A stretch of DNA of 63,116 nt, the filler included, from Bigelowiella natans CCMP2755 (Eukaryota; Protista; Cercozoa), in NCBI GenBank assembly GCA_000320545.1. It is 9 parts of 9 records of this genome, joined end to end, with 100 filler letters (N's around TTAATTAATTAA, not from the genome) between each part and the next. Parts side by side here need not be neighbours in the genome. Positions count along the whole stretch, not along the records: positions 1 to 11,696 come from ADNK01001933.1; positions 11,797 to 33,385 come from ADNK01002247.1; 7 more parts are not named here. One strand, given 5' to 3'. The position numbers and the translations under genes were made by a program. Below the pieces are notes generated by a model. It was not told where the DNA came from. It worked only from the letters and a program-made list of their open reading frames with translations, and did not search any database. Shown one piece after another: positions 1 through 12,496 of this stretch. Within the stretch, counting starts at the first letter, position 1, and each line of letters opens with the position of its first letter.

Positions 1-38
<38 letters not shown>

Positions 39-749
39 TATATATATATATTATAATTTGAAAATTCCTAAACTCTTCCCACCTCTCCTTGCAAGATGAA
101 CCGAGGTCCAAATGTCGGCATTTGCTTTGCACTCATCGGTCATTGCCCTCACACCTGAGATCATAGCAAAGGAGTGAAGCAATGTCAACCAATACGCTCT
201 TGCTGCAGCAAGCTATCGCATTGCATGGTAAACATCATCTTTCCAATTCTTGGATTTGCACATGTATATTAGTGCATCACCGCATTACTTCGAGATGAAG
301 AATCTTCTAATTGCATCGGGGGGGGTGGGGGGGGATCGTTTCGGTGGTGGGCAAACCTTCATCGAAGAAACTTCGAAGATATATCACTGGCGTCGCACTC
401 GAGCTTAGACTATCCACAGCTACTGCACGTTGGTTGTATGCACGCTTGTCGTTGGAGACCTTCTTGAGTGAGAATAATTCGCCTCTTTTTCTTGCGTTTT
501 TGTCGCTTTGAGGTTCCCTTATCAGCTGATGGTGTGTTTCAATATGATAAGAACCGCATATTTGCGTTGATACATATTGCATTTGCCATTTTAGAAGCAA
601 AAACTATACGCAGTTCTAAATTTTCTTTGTTATTTTTATTGCAATTATATTTGATACTTCATTGAACAATTATTTATAATCACATTTGTTTTCATTTGAA
701 GTAAGATTCATTTGACTGATATTCTAATTTGAGCCTTCAACTTACGATA

Positions 750-1078
750 TGTTTAAACGCGTGAGGGTACATTTGCGTGCTCTCTTGCATGGTTACAAAT
801 AGCCCTCTTTTGTATGGCAAACATCAATGTGTCTGCGAACGATCAACATCATTATCACCATCTCTTACCCAGCCCTCGTAGCCATATGCTGCATATGGCC
901 ATATCAATGCTTGTCGTACAAGCCTTTCAAGCGTTCTCCGTCCCTCCAAGACCGCACCGATTCCTAGTCGTTTTGGAAAGATGATGATATAGGGTGGAAT
1001 GGAGCTTTTGCGAGAAATTGGTATGAATATGCTATTTTAGGAGGATAATCGTACATATTGTGATATCTTCTCAGAAAC

Positions 1079-1112
<34 letters not shown>

Positions 1113-2279
1113 CCTTTATATATAAATATATTATGTTTGTAAATGTTTGTTAACTAGGTACGTAAAATACCGATGGTGATGATAAGAGTGCTCGGTTCCC
1201 TCTCAGAGTCTTTGTTTGATGGTTAAATGACAAGAATGCAAAGTGGATTTTTGAACAACACAAGCGGAGAGATATGGGAGGAGGACACATACACAAGATT
1301 TATCTTTCTTGTACAATACTGATTTACGCGTAGAAGAGCTATATGTGCACCGAAAGGTAGCGTTCGCATTCGTACAATAAATGCTGTGTGTCAGCGTGTC
1401 TAGGCTGATCTTGAGTCGAAACGACAACCAGAAATACTTTACATGCACGTTTCGCGCCCAAAGGGAGAGCGTACAAGCACATGAGTAAGTCAAAATTCAT
1501 GCTATTTCCTGGTGAGGTACTACTAATTATACTAGTACTATTACTACTCTTGCATCCTCTATACCTACCTAATATAGACAAGAACGAGTTCCCATCCTCC
1601 CTGCAAGGGTGTCAATATCAAAACCACAAAACAGAAGAAGAAGAAGAAGAAGAAGAAGAAGAAGGCAGATTAGGGTAGATTTCCATCCATTCACCCGCTG
1701 CTTTCAATTGAGTACACGTTCGAAATCTAAGAAAAATGCAATGCTGAGTCGTACTGCTTTCAATACACACTCGCTTCTTTTTCTCCTCCTTACTCTTCCT
1801 CTTGTATGCTACACTACTGACCATATCACGACGATATTGGTTTGATTCCTAGCCGTCCCCTTGCTCCTCCCCCCCTCACGCAACCAAGAGGTGGTTCCGT
1901 CGCCATCATCACGTCTAGAAACGAGGGAAACAGGATGGGGTATGACAAGTCAAGGAGACACGTAGGAAGGAACACACATACACTCACACACACATACACA
2001 CGCACACGCACACACACACACACAGAATCAGCATCCTCTCTCATTCATCATGCCGTAGGGAAGCAGCTGCAAGTGACCTGTCAGTTGTAGAACTTTCCTT
2101 CTTCTTTGTCCGAAGGACGTAGATCTTGTCTGCGGCTATGCTCTGGGACTCAATGCCTTGTAGCGCTTCCTCGATATCCCGCCTGAATGAACATCGACGG
2201 ACGCCGCCACGAAGTATGGGAAGGGTCATTATTTGTATATGCGCCAAATCATATGAGAACACACACACACACACACACG

Positions 2280-2310
<31 letters not shown>

Positions 2311-3841
2311 TGAATTATATATGTGAATGAATGCTAGAGTAGCGGTTTTAATAGATATATGTGCTATACGTCTCCCCTCCCCCCCCCTTTATCCATCCAA
2401 GTGTCTTAGCACTGATTTAGACACAAAAGCAACTGACTGTATATTCCCTGCAGCTGCAGTAGCGTGTGAATGAGCCATCAATGCGACAACTAGCCTTCGA
2501 TTTGCTTGTAAGTCTTCGGATCTATTTGTTGATATATGTATATATATATATATATATATATGTATGTACATATTAGGGAAAAGGGAAAAGGGGAGAGAGA
2601 AAGAGGAAAAAGCACGATAAAGTAACAACAGATATTTCGCAGCATCTTCGGCCTCTATCCAGCTCTCACGAAGAACCTTAACATTGCGCCGATGCTGCCG
2701 CTTATCTTATCGTCTCGCTCGCCCTTCCTGCCTCCCTGTAGGTGGAGCTCTAGCAGTGTTGGCTCTATTAGTGTTGCGTCGAGCAACCCCCGCAGGTCCG
2801 TGAGTCGCATTCTCTCGTATGCCTCTCTCGTTATCTCTCCGTTACCTCTCCCAAACCGGCCTGCACTCTCAAGAAGCTCATCAATCATCTCTGTCTTCTT
2901 GCTCTTTTCACCTCCACCGATTTGTTGATACATCGAATAGAGGAACATCTGATCAAGAGGAGGAGGAGGGACGAGGGTGGGGGAGGAGAAATTATGGGCG
3001 GTTTTTTAATATTAGCGCATGCTTTGTGTGACATTGCGCAAGTCAACGACAGCAATCGTTTCTACAATGTGGCGAAAGAATGAAGACATCGTCTCTCTCC
3101 ACGCTCGACACAGTACTACCTGGCAAGGGTTATTCCAATTGTCCTTATTCTTTTCCGTGTGCTGCAGTCTTGAGACCGAACCGCACAGTACAGGGCCAAC
3201 AACATGCCAAGAAATGAGCGATCGAGGGAGACGTAAGACAGCAAAGCAAAAAAGAAGGAACGATAATAAACACTTTGTTCTCCTGCCTTTTTCTACACGA
3301 AAGATCGATGTAGAACTAGGAGGAAATGCCGAGGGTTTCGCAGATGTAACATGCGCTCTCAGCCTATCGTTGCTACCAAATCAAAAAGACTCTTTGACTG
3401 CGGACAGAATCAAGCAAGAAACAGCGACACCATCAATACACGCACCTCATCCCCGCAAAATGAGCTGTGCATGGGGCCTGCCTCGACGTCTTGTGCGTGA
3501 TGCCGCGCTCCTATTTTCCACCAAACATCCAGTTAATACTGGTGTATCTTCAGAATTCATATGAACATACACATCAACAGTTGACGTATCATCTACATAC
3601 GTCAAAGATGCAAAAGAACAGATCTTGCTGCTGCTGCTACTGCTGCTACGATGATATCAGGGAAAATGGATATTGGGTAAGGCCTTCACACGCTATTACC
3701 TCAGCATTCCATGACTGCCAAAACTCGCCAAGGAAAGGGGGAATTGTCGCGAATATGTGTCCTGCATATTTAGGAGAAGAGGGGGGGGGAGTATTAAGTG
3801 GTATTGTTCGTTCCCACTGGAGATTCATACAAATATGAATA

Positions 3842-3879
<38 letters not shown>

Positions 3880-5365
3880 CAATATATATTACCCTCGTAG
3901 TCGAGCTTGATAAGTGACTCGTCTTTCAGCCAGCACTCAACTGAAACATAACACACATACACACACATACACACACATACACACACACACACACCTCACT
4001 ACACTTATACATTGTTTTCACGTATTCATACCTCTGCCTCCGCCCCCCCCTTCCCCATCTGCAGTCTATGCATGCGAAATAACGTACCGAGGGCAGCTTG
4101 ATCATCGATATCCTTGCGCTTCATCACACGCAGTATTTTGCCGTATAGTCGAGCTATTGAATGAGACTTAAAACGCAGAGGCAAACACACACAAACACAC
4201 ACAAACACACACAGACACACACTAAGACACACACACTTATCTTATCAGCTCGCACACATCGATACCATACACAATACACACGGACCAAGGACAACTTAAA
4301 GAGCAGCACCATAGAACCAACTACCTTCCCTATTGCCTGACCGGCGTTCAAAAACTTGGAGCGCGAGGTAGGCGAGGAACGTCGCTAATGATGATGATGG
4401 CCATTGTGATGGAAAAAGGCATCAAACTCTCATAATCGTGAGATATGCATGTTCATAAGATAAGCGTGTGTGCGTGTGTGCGCGTGTGTGCGCGTGTGTG
4501 TGCGTCTGCGTTTTTTGTGTTGATCCACCATCATCGTTGATTTGTCGGTAAGATTTCCTCTACAAGATGCAGTGTCGCAAAGGCTCTCGGCGCCATATAC
4601 TACGGTGCTGCTGCTCATGTTTGTGAGCAGCGGCGGAGCCCCCCCCTCCCCGATGCTCTTGAGGTACTGTGACATCATTTCACGTGGACCTGAAAAACGT
4701 AAATAGACGGCGCTTTAGCTTATTTCTGCCCATGGTTGCTGTTTTCCGAACAACCATCTCCCCACCCCCCCCCCATACCTTTTAGCATGAGGACGTCCAA
4801 AGAGTCCAACACGACCGCATATGATGTCGGGGGGAGGTTGAGAAGTGCTTCCTGCAGCTTTCTAACACGGTATCTCCAAAACCTTAATTGGAAGGGGAAA
4901 AGGGGGGGGGGGAGGGGGTTCGACGTTCCGCACAGAGTAAACAACTTGATGCTGAAAAAACTTCTGGCGTAAGAATACCAAGATACTTGGCGCACTTTAT
5001 CCGCAAAAATGCCTCCCAACTGCCCTCCTCAATACCCGTGATCATTCTCATTCTTCGATGTCGCTTTCATCAGCACCGCAATGACCGCCATCTCACCCAA
5101 AATCGTTATCATCGTTATTTTCACCATCATCACAATCGCTTGCTTATCACTGCTACAAGCGTCAGCCACGCACTTATTCTCATTATCGGGGGAAAAGCCA
5201 GCATCCACGTTGACAACAAGCAGCTTCTTGTAGCTATCGACGCAACAAACACACAACACACACACACGCGTGTCTATACCAATTATCTCCCGACGGACGG
5301 GCAGATGACATATTATTGTCCGTAACATACTGTATTACGCGTGTGTGTGTGTGTGTGTGTGTGTA

Positions 5366-5412
<47 letters not shown>

Positions 5413-6395
5413 CCCCCGCCCGTGCTCTCAAGTACGTGGCTGAAGCTTGCGAAAATAATGCGTGAGTGAGCTGACGACAAAGACATCGGCCACATCAACG
5501 ATGACGCATGCGGAGGTAAGGAGAAGCATAGAGCGAAAGCCGAATGGATCTCTACATTGCAAAGGCGTTGTGGAGCTCTCCATCCCTACAAATCTACCCG
5601 CACGTTCGACGGCATTTCACGGTTTCAAAAGCAAGCGCATCTTGTCCTTCCCCCCCCCTCCCCCCCCCTCTCCAAGGCTTTCGCGTCTTTTTTCGCGTCT
5701 ACAAATCCAACCCCATTACTGTTTTCAAGATTTGAAGTGATTGCGGTGACGACGTAGAGCTCTCGGTGAGAAGATGCCGCACCGCTTCCCCCAGCCTCTT
5801 TATCATTCTCCTACGGCGTCACCACAATACGAAATGAGGAACAGATTGTTGAGATGTGAGCTTGCAGTCGGGAGATGACACCAGCCTAAAGCGTCCCCTC
5901 TCTGTTCTCAGAGGTAAACTCACAAACTACAGCATATAATAATACCGATGCGAAAGGTTTTTGAAAAACAAAACTTCGGATAATATAACCTTTTCTTCGG
6001 ACGGTTTTTACATATTTTGGATTATGTCGGCATTTGCAACTAGTTATTTTACCTAGCTCACGCTACCTGTTTATCGAGTTCTCTCCGAAGGTTCCCATTA
6101 TCACCATGTCTATTGTTTTTGTTGTATTCTTCGTCATCTTCGAACGTTCCCAGAAGGCCATGCCGCGGATGATAGCAGAGTCGCCCCCCCAGCTTTGTGG
6201 ATTTGTCATCGTCATTATTAGAATTTAGGCTGCGCAAGCTGCCTCTATGCTGCTGCTGGAAATCGATCGCTTTCATATCCATTCGCACGATGAAGAGATC
6301 TATCGAAAAATGGAAGAAGGGAATAGTGATATATCTGAATAATTCCATCTGTTTCTCGATGATTCAATCTTGCTGTTACTTTCGCTACTCTCTCA

Positions 6396-6462
<67 letters not shown>

Positions 6463-6481
6463 CACACTCACACACATATAT

Positions 6482-6531
<50 letters not shown>

Positions 6532-7287
6532 TTATATAGCGCGAGTGTTAAATTTTGTGTAATTAATGTCGCCATACGTATAGCGGAGACCAGAAGCGTC
6601 CCTATTATAAGACAGGCTACTAATAATCTTCTCTTTCTCTGAATAGATCAGAAACAATACGCAGCAGCAATTTGAGGGACGACCGCAACGATGACAAAGG
6701 GGGATGGGGTGGGCGGCAAGGAGGAGGGGAAGGAGAACGGGGGCGGGGAGGGGGGGGGGGGCAATGCTACCATGATATTTTGCAATATCGGTATGCTGCA
6801 TTTTCGTCTAGAGTTTTTTTTGTCATCTTTTGGTTTCTGTGGCATGAGAAGGACGCTGAACTCTCGAGCGAGAAATTGCTGTGACGTATACAGACATACC
6901 AACATCAAATATGCGGCGACATGTGCACGATGCATGCGATACACATACAGCATATATGTAATCTCCCACACATTTGTTGTCTAACGGATATGAGTCATTG
7001 TCTCCCTCTCCTGACAACAACTCACTTTCGTACAGCAGATGCGATACGTGTTGTGCTTCGACGATTACTACAAGTAACTATCTAAATCAAATCTTTCTGT
7101 GCGTATGTGTACAGCGCCACACAAACATGCATAAAAACAGAATAAAACCCTAAAAGGGGGAACATGGAGCGCCACAAATACGATTTTCCGCAACACACGT
7201 GCGCCAGATTCAATCCCTCCCTCCCCTCTCCCTGTCACGTCACCTCATCGGATGAGGACTTTCTCCGATCAGCTCTCCTGACCCCAT
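750..7287 (-). CDS. Multi-exon type II membrane glycosyltransferase with a PLOD (procollagen lysyl hydroxylase)-type GT domain; 3' end approximate
   Basis: Hand-spliced exons give an N-terminal signal anchor (RKRRLLVACLIIGTLLVSAI), then YRVRKLQEALLNLPPTSYAVVLDSLDVLMLKGPREMMSQY...VVYGAESLC...FLNAGQAIG...DIDDQAALG...IKLDYEGHIF. These match the order of PLOD GT-domain motifs (D-S/A-x-D-V, AE-x-x-C, FLNSG, DDQ, LD-x-x-x-x-IF). Exons below ~3600 are of unknown homology. Confidence 0.62.
6395..6530. repeat. Compound intronic microsatellite (CT)n(CA)n(TA)n, representative of dozens of intronic (TA)n,(CA)n,(CT)n,(CAT)n,(TAG)n,(GAA)n,(GAG)n and poly-G/C tracts
   Basis: Directly visible. These tracts generate most of the spurious ORFs in the ORF track. 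Confidence 0.95.
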
Positions 7288-7508
7288 TTTTTCCAGGACG
7301 ACATGCGATTTATCCTTGTCGCTCAATTCGATTTCCCGGTTTTCTTACTAAATTATTAAGGATGCTCCAAAATCATTGTCGCATTATATAAATGTCCAAT
7401 ATTTCCTCGATAATACGCGAAATCCCGGCGTAGAAACTAGTTCTCTTGGACCTGCACGAGGCGGCACGAGAGTACCCTACTTGGCCTCGGAAGGAAGACA
7501 AAACAAGG

Positions 7509-7941
7509 ATGCCCCTCCCCCTCGTTCCAGCCGCACCTGTCGCGGCGCTTGCCGGTCTCCACCCCGTTGCAGCGTCAGGAATCGTCGCCGGAGCCTGGAA
7601 CATGGTAACTGGCAAATTTGTCCTGCACAAGTACACTTAGCGTGAGATTTATTTGCCCTTCTTCCTCCTCCTCCTCCTCCTCCTCCTCGATTAGGCCGGA
7701 TTCACAGCTACTGCCTTGACGGGCACTCACAGGCTTACTGATATCACAGGAACCTCTGCGTTTGGCGCATCAACGCTCACGACGTTAGGGATTTTGGCCT
7801 CTAAAAAGGGAATGGCGGCTGCCCTTGCTCCGAAGCCGCTTGTGATGACGGGTTAGTCTGTTGAGCGCTGTTTTTTAAAACAAAGTTGGGAAGCTGTCTC
7901 TCTTTCTCTTTCTCTTTTTTCTTCTTTCTCTCATCCTGTAC

Positions 7942-8029
<88 letters not shown>

Positions 8030-9830
8030 TCCTTGTAATAATGAAGCTGGGGTCATCGAGAAGAGTTGAGTTTGATATGTACTTATTTTGTCCTACTTTT
8101 TCCTAGTTGTACCTACGCCCTCGTTGGCCTGAAGTGTGATAAGTCCTTCCCCCCCCCCGCTCCCTCCCCCATTTTGAAATATAAATAGCCTGCGTAAGCT
8201 TTTGGGCGGCTCGCTTGGGTACGTTCCTATTCGACAGGTAATTCATCTATGATAAAGGCGTTCCTCGCCTTTTCGTTTCGGAGGAGGGGGAGGGGAGAGT
8301 GGGTGAATAATGACAAAAAATGGAGTCTGCACGTCCGACAATTGCCACATTCGTGGGTCACCAATAGAACCACTTTATGACCGTGATGATACAGCGATGT
8401 CTTCTTTGCGTGCTGTGGTAGGATTCTGAAGAGCCACGAGGATCCCCGCTTGAAGTACATGTTTCGTCAGGAAGGGTGAGAGCATGATGAAATAGTGTAG
8501 ATAATGCTATGCCAATATCAGCTCGCAAGCAGAAGTGATATATCAGCTGCTCGCGCGGCTAGCATCATCCTTGTTTGTAGTACTTCATCACAAGACTTGG
8601 TGTTTGTGCATCATCAAATCCGAATCATGATCTTGAGCATGTTCTCTAGCGAGACGTTTCTCACTGGACCCTCAGCCTTCCCTCTCAAACTGATGGCATT
8701 TTGGTCTATCCAAGCAGCTTGGGCTTGGGTCAGGTACTACTACTTCTTAATACTACTACTTGTAATTGTAGTTTCAGCGAGCAGATGCACAATGCCGTAG
8801 AGAAAGTGGACAAGAATAGTCAGGGACCACAGTGCCGGGGGACGGTGGAGGGGGGCGGGAGAAGGATGATGGGGAGTGTAAGAGATCAGTATGCTAGTAT
8901 TTGATATGTATATGCTACAAAATACGTTTCAGCCTGCTTCCTGTGACGATGGCTATCAGCCGAGGTGCCATGGAAAAGCCTTTGTCCATCTTCGCAAAGA
9001 GCCCAAACCTGTCCTCCGCTCTCTTCGCCCTGGGATTTGCTGGGTTTTCTGCTGGCTTTCTGGTACTACATCTGCAAGAAAAGAGGGGATGGGGGGGGGA
9101 GGGGAAGGGGGGGGTAGGTAAGTGTTTCGCTTATGTGCTCCGAATCGATGTTTCCATCACCAAAAATGATGATAATGAACTCTCATTACGCGCATCATCA
9201 CCCCCGTTTGCGTCTCCGCATGCCCGCATGCGCCGTTGTGAATGCTATGCTTTCAGATCGAAGCTGTTGCTGATAGGCAAAAGTCTATCTTCAAGGCAGA
9301 CGCGAGCAATTCCCGCAGGAATAAGTGAGATTGCGCGCAGCAAAGATGTTTTTGGTTTAAAAAAAAAATTAAAGCAAGAACAAGCGAGAGAAAAGGAAAC
9401 AAGGAACATAATTTTGGCCCTCGATGAAACGAGTGCTAGGGGGTAGCAATTCATATCCGAGACTTCTTTGCTGCGACTCTCCAAGAAATCGAATGTAGTG
9501 TATATAGCGTTGCAAGGAAAACAATCATTTCGCGTATGAATAATAACGAATTAAGTTTCAATAAACTTTTGCCTCCTTCTCCCTCCCCACCCCCTCTCTT
9601 GTTACTGCATTCTATAGATGGTGTGACAAGGGACTATGGGCTCGGTCTCGGCATCCTAATTACTTTGGAGAAATGCTCGTTTGGTATGATCTAAATGGCA
9701 CGTAAATGTTGGTTTATTATTGAAGTAAATCGTCAGTGTTTCCCATGATGCGAATGATGACAAGTATGTGTATGCAGCACAGCCGTTATCGATTTTCTTG
9801 TTGGAATCTGATGAAATGTCCAAACTCATA

Positions 9831-9861
<31 letters not shown>

Positions 9862-10237
9862 CACTCACAGGCGTTGTTGATATACCCCCCCCCTCTTCTG
9901 AACACCAGGTGGTCTTTATTCACAATGGCGCTGCCCAGTGCTCCTTCTTGGACGATAATCTCTCCAAGTGAGCAATATCAGCCCGCCCAGCCACACAGAC
10001 AACGCACGCGCGGACACACACACACACACACACATAAACACACACAAAACCACAATTGAAGACGTGAGGTCTAATACGCAACCATCACATGCAGTATTCG
10101 TGACGTTCCTGCTGAACAAAGTGTCTGGCATCCCTCTCGTGGAGCAGCGGTATGATAGCAAATACGGGGATGATCCAGAATACCAACAATACAAAGAATC
10201 AACGCCATTGCTTGTCCCTCGTATTTGGAAGTCATAG
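7509..10237 (+). CDS. DUF1295 / steroid 5-alpha-reductase-like membrane protein (multi-exon)
   Basis: Exons encode THRLTDITGT, FWSIQAAWAW, SLLPV, RWCDKGLWARSRHPNYFGEMLVW (~9617-9682) and LLNKVSGIPLVEQRYDSKYGDDPEYQQYKESTPLLVP-stop. These are the characteristic DUF1295 motifs. Confidence 0.9.
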
Positions 10238-10379
10238 TACTCACAACAATAAGAATATTAGTCCGTTTATCTCTACAAGCGAATGTGCGCAAACGCCGTT
10301 TGCGCCTCATTGCTCATATCAGGGGATGCGGTCATTAACGCGATGGACATTGCCCGCACATTTTGCTTCCTTTTTGGCT

Positions 10380-11050
10380 ATAGCTAAATCAAGCAAGTTT
10401 TAAGGCTTGCTAGCGTGATCCAGCATTCACCTGTAAAATTCCTTCGGTCGTCACATCTAGACTATGTGCAAAGCAGCCAGTCATTCCAAGCGGAAGCTTG
10501 CTAGCTTGTTTTCACGTGTAGTGCGCAGTGTCGCAAACAGTATCTAGACTATGCTAGTATGTAAAATTTCAAAATTGAAGCTCGAGTGTCTAAATGCCAC
10601 TGTCCAGTCACATTTTGGACATATATGAACATCGTAGGCTTGCATTCATCTGTTGTGCTGAAGCACGCAAAAAATGCTGATAATGCGCGACAGGCTAGCA
10701 GGGCAAAAATCAATCTTCCAGTAGCAAACAAGCCGAAGACGAGCTAGCGTGCGCGCGCAGGCGACAGGCTTGCAGGGCAAAAATCAATCTTCCAGTAGCA
10801 AACTAGCCGAAGACGAGCTGCGTGTAAATGCGTGTGCAGAGCTAAAAGAGTGCAGGATGCTAATCATGCTAGCGTGGATGAATGACTACATGCTAGCATG
10901 GACGCCGCTCGCTCCGCCGCCTGCATGCGCGCAAGCATCGAAGTTTTGTACTTTCTCCTTTAGCGAATCTAGACATATCTATACACAACTTAACGTCTTC
11001 CTAGCTAGCTAGCTCAAGTAGCTTTCACCATCTCCGCTACTTAGAGCAGT
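10380..11050. other. CTAG-enriched intergenic island A, containing a 65-bp direct repeat
   Basis: Many GCTAGC/CTAG, CATG and TGCA words between two convergent gene ends. Direct repeat at 10687-10751 / 10761-10824. Confidence 0.8.
10687..10824 (+). repeat. Near-tandem direct repeat (65/64 bp, 3 differences)
   Basis: gcgacaggctagcagggcaaaaatcaatcttccagtagcaaacaagccgaagacgagctagcgtg versus gcgacaggcttgcagggcaaaaatcaatcttccagtagcaaactagccgaagacgagct-gcgtg. Confidence 0.95.
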
Positions 11051-11108
11051 GACATCGATTGAACCAACGCTATTCTAAATAAGGAGGGCTCATAATTGTC
11101 CTCCTCCT

Positions 11109-11456
11109 TCACTCCTCCGTATTTCCTTGCCCAGCGTCATCCCTGGTATACTCACTGCAGCCGGCTTCAGATAGTGTGAAAGAACGTGCTGCCCCCCCCC
11201 CGTCATTACGCGCAGTTGTAGCAGCAACATTGGCGGCGGGAGGTGACGGAGAGGACGATGACGACGATATCGCTTTCTGTGATGAGAAAAAGGACAGAAA
11301 GGAGGGGGGCAGCGAGGAAAGTGGGCGCCAACCTGTCGCGCCATTGCTCGCCTGAAGATGATGCCCAGCGCGTGGTGTAGACAGGATCTGCTGCTGCTGG
11401 TTTGAGAGTGCCTTCTCGTATAAATATGCATTGCTCAAGCTGGGCGATTGGGTACC
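11109..11456 (-). CDS. Probable terminal exon of an unidentified gene truncated by the contig end
   Basis: Acceptor gcacag followed by an open, low-complexity Ser/Ala/Gln-rich frame to a stop. No recognisable domain. Confidence 0.3.
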   Translation of the reverse strand, partial: GTQSPSLSNAYLYEKALSNQQQQILSTPRAGHHLQASNGATGWRPLSSLPPSFLSFFSSQKAISSSSSSPSPPAANVAATTARNDGGGAARSFTLSEAGCSEYTRDDAGQGNTEE

Positions 11457-11581
11457 CTGTGCACGATAGATGTGTGTATGTGGGAGGAGCAATAGCAGCA
11501 TAAATCAAATGCGGAGTTGAGGCTAAAAGAACTTCAGATAAGGTATTCGTTTACGTATCTCCTCTCTCTTCTCTCTATCTT

Positions 11582-11614
<33 letters not shown>

Positions 11615-11696
11615 CCCCTCTGTGCACAACGCAGGAAAAGGCCTCCTCTCAGGCAAAAGAGAGAGAGAGAGAGAGAGAAGAGAGAGAGAAGACGAA

Positions 11697-11796
11697 NNNN
11701 NNNNNNNNNNNNNNNNNNNNNNNNNNNNNNNNNNNNNNNNTTAATTAATTAANNNNNNNNNNNNNNNNNNNNNNNNNNNNNNNNNNNNNNNNNNNN
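11697..11796. other. Artificial contig linker (N44-TTAATTAATTAA-N44). Identical linkers at 33386-33485, 39596-39695, 45587-45686, 49366-49465, 51071-51170, 60103-60202, 61948-62047
   Basis: The same 100-nt construct with stops in all six frames occurs 8 times, and genes are cut at these points. Confidence 0.97.
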
Positions 11797-11900
11797 ATAA
11801 CCACAGAAATGCCAGGGTGTTTACGCTTTAAGTACGAACACTCACTCCTGGCTAAGCCTGAAAAGAAGATATTCCTTCGTTTTCCATTTCGCACAGCATC

Positions 11901-12301
11901 ATGTCGAAAGGACCTGAAGCCCTCGTCGGGAAGCAGTTCGTTGATATGACTCTCAAGGTCTTTACGCAAAGCCTTCATACTCTCATGTGGTGTATGTATG
12001 CGTGGTGCCGGTCTTACGGTGTGTGTGTGTGTGTGTGCGTGTGTTAAATGTGCAGAATATCGCAGATAAGAAGGAGGCGAAGCTATCCGACTACGTTGGG
12101 GGGAGCGTGCCCGCGATCATCGACTTCTACACTAGTTGGTGACCCCAGTTGCGGTCCAGCTGCTGAAAAGCTTTCCAAAGCTGCGGAGGAGGGAAAAGTA
12201 GATGCGAAATACATCCTGATCAGTGTAATAATACTTCCAAGTTCCAAAACAAATGGTCGAGGTCTCCACCAAACTCCTGGAAAGCTGGGGGGTTTCAGAA
12301 G
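11901..12301 (+). CDS. TlpA/ResA-like thioredoxin-fold redoxin, probable selenoprotein (UxxC); apparent frameshifts and missing 3' end (may be a pseudogene or assembly error)
   Basis: Exon 1 MSKGPEALVGKQFVDMTLK. Exon 2 NIADKKEAKLSDYVGGSVPAIIDFYTSW-TGA(12140-12142), then in the +1 frame PSCGPAAEKLSKAAEEGKVDAKYILISV. This aligns to the TlpA pattern VGKxxxDFTL...LSDYxG..V.IDFWASWCxxC. Confidence 0.75.
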
Positions 12302-12345
12302 GTATTCCACCGCACATGTCTATTGTGTCCCCCCCCCCCACCCTG

Positions 12346-12389
<44 letters not shown>

Positions 12390-12496
12390 GTCGCTACCAT
12401 GATCTCACCTCAGGATCATGATCCAAGCGCAAATCATTATTATCATCATGCCTAGCAAACAACGGACTGACGTACACAAAAATAACCGTTGCACAG

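Noticed and set aside
90-620. Possible exons at the window start
   Set aside because: No recognisable motif, and no consistent frame or strand could be established.
11697-11796. TTAATTAATTAA palindrome repeated 8 times within N runs
   Set aside because: Artificial six-frame-stop linker between contigs, not biological. Synteny across linkers was therefore not interpreted.
12139-12241. 10-nt (gtgaccccag) and 19-nt (gtgtaataatacttccaag) GT-AG micro-introns that would repair both redoxin frameshifts
   Set aside because: The 10-nt one is implausibly short and would delete the W-U-x-x-C motif. The other introns in this window are about 65 nt or longer. Not supportable without transcripts.
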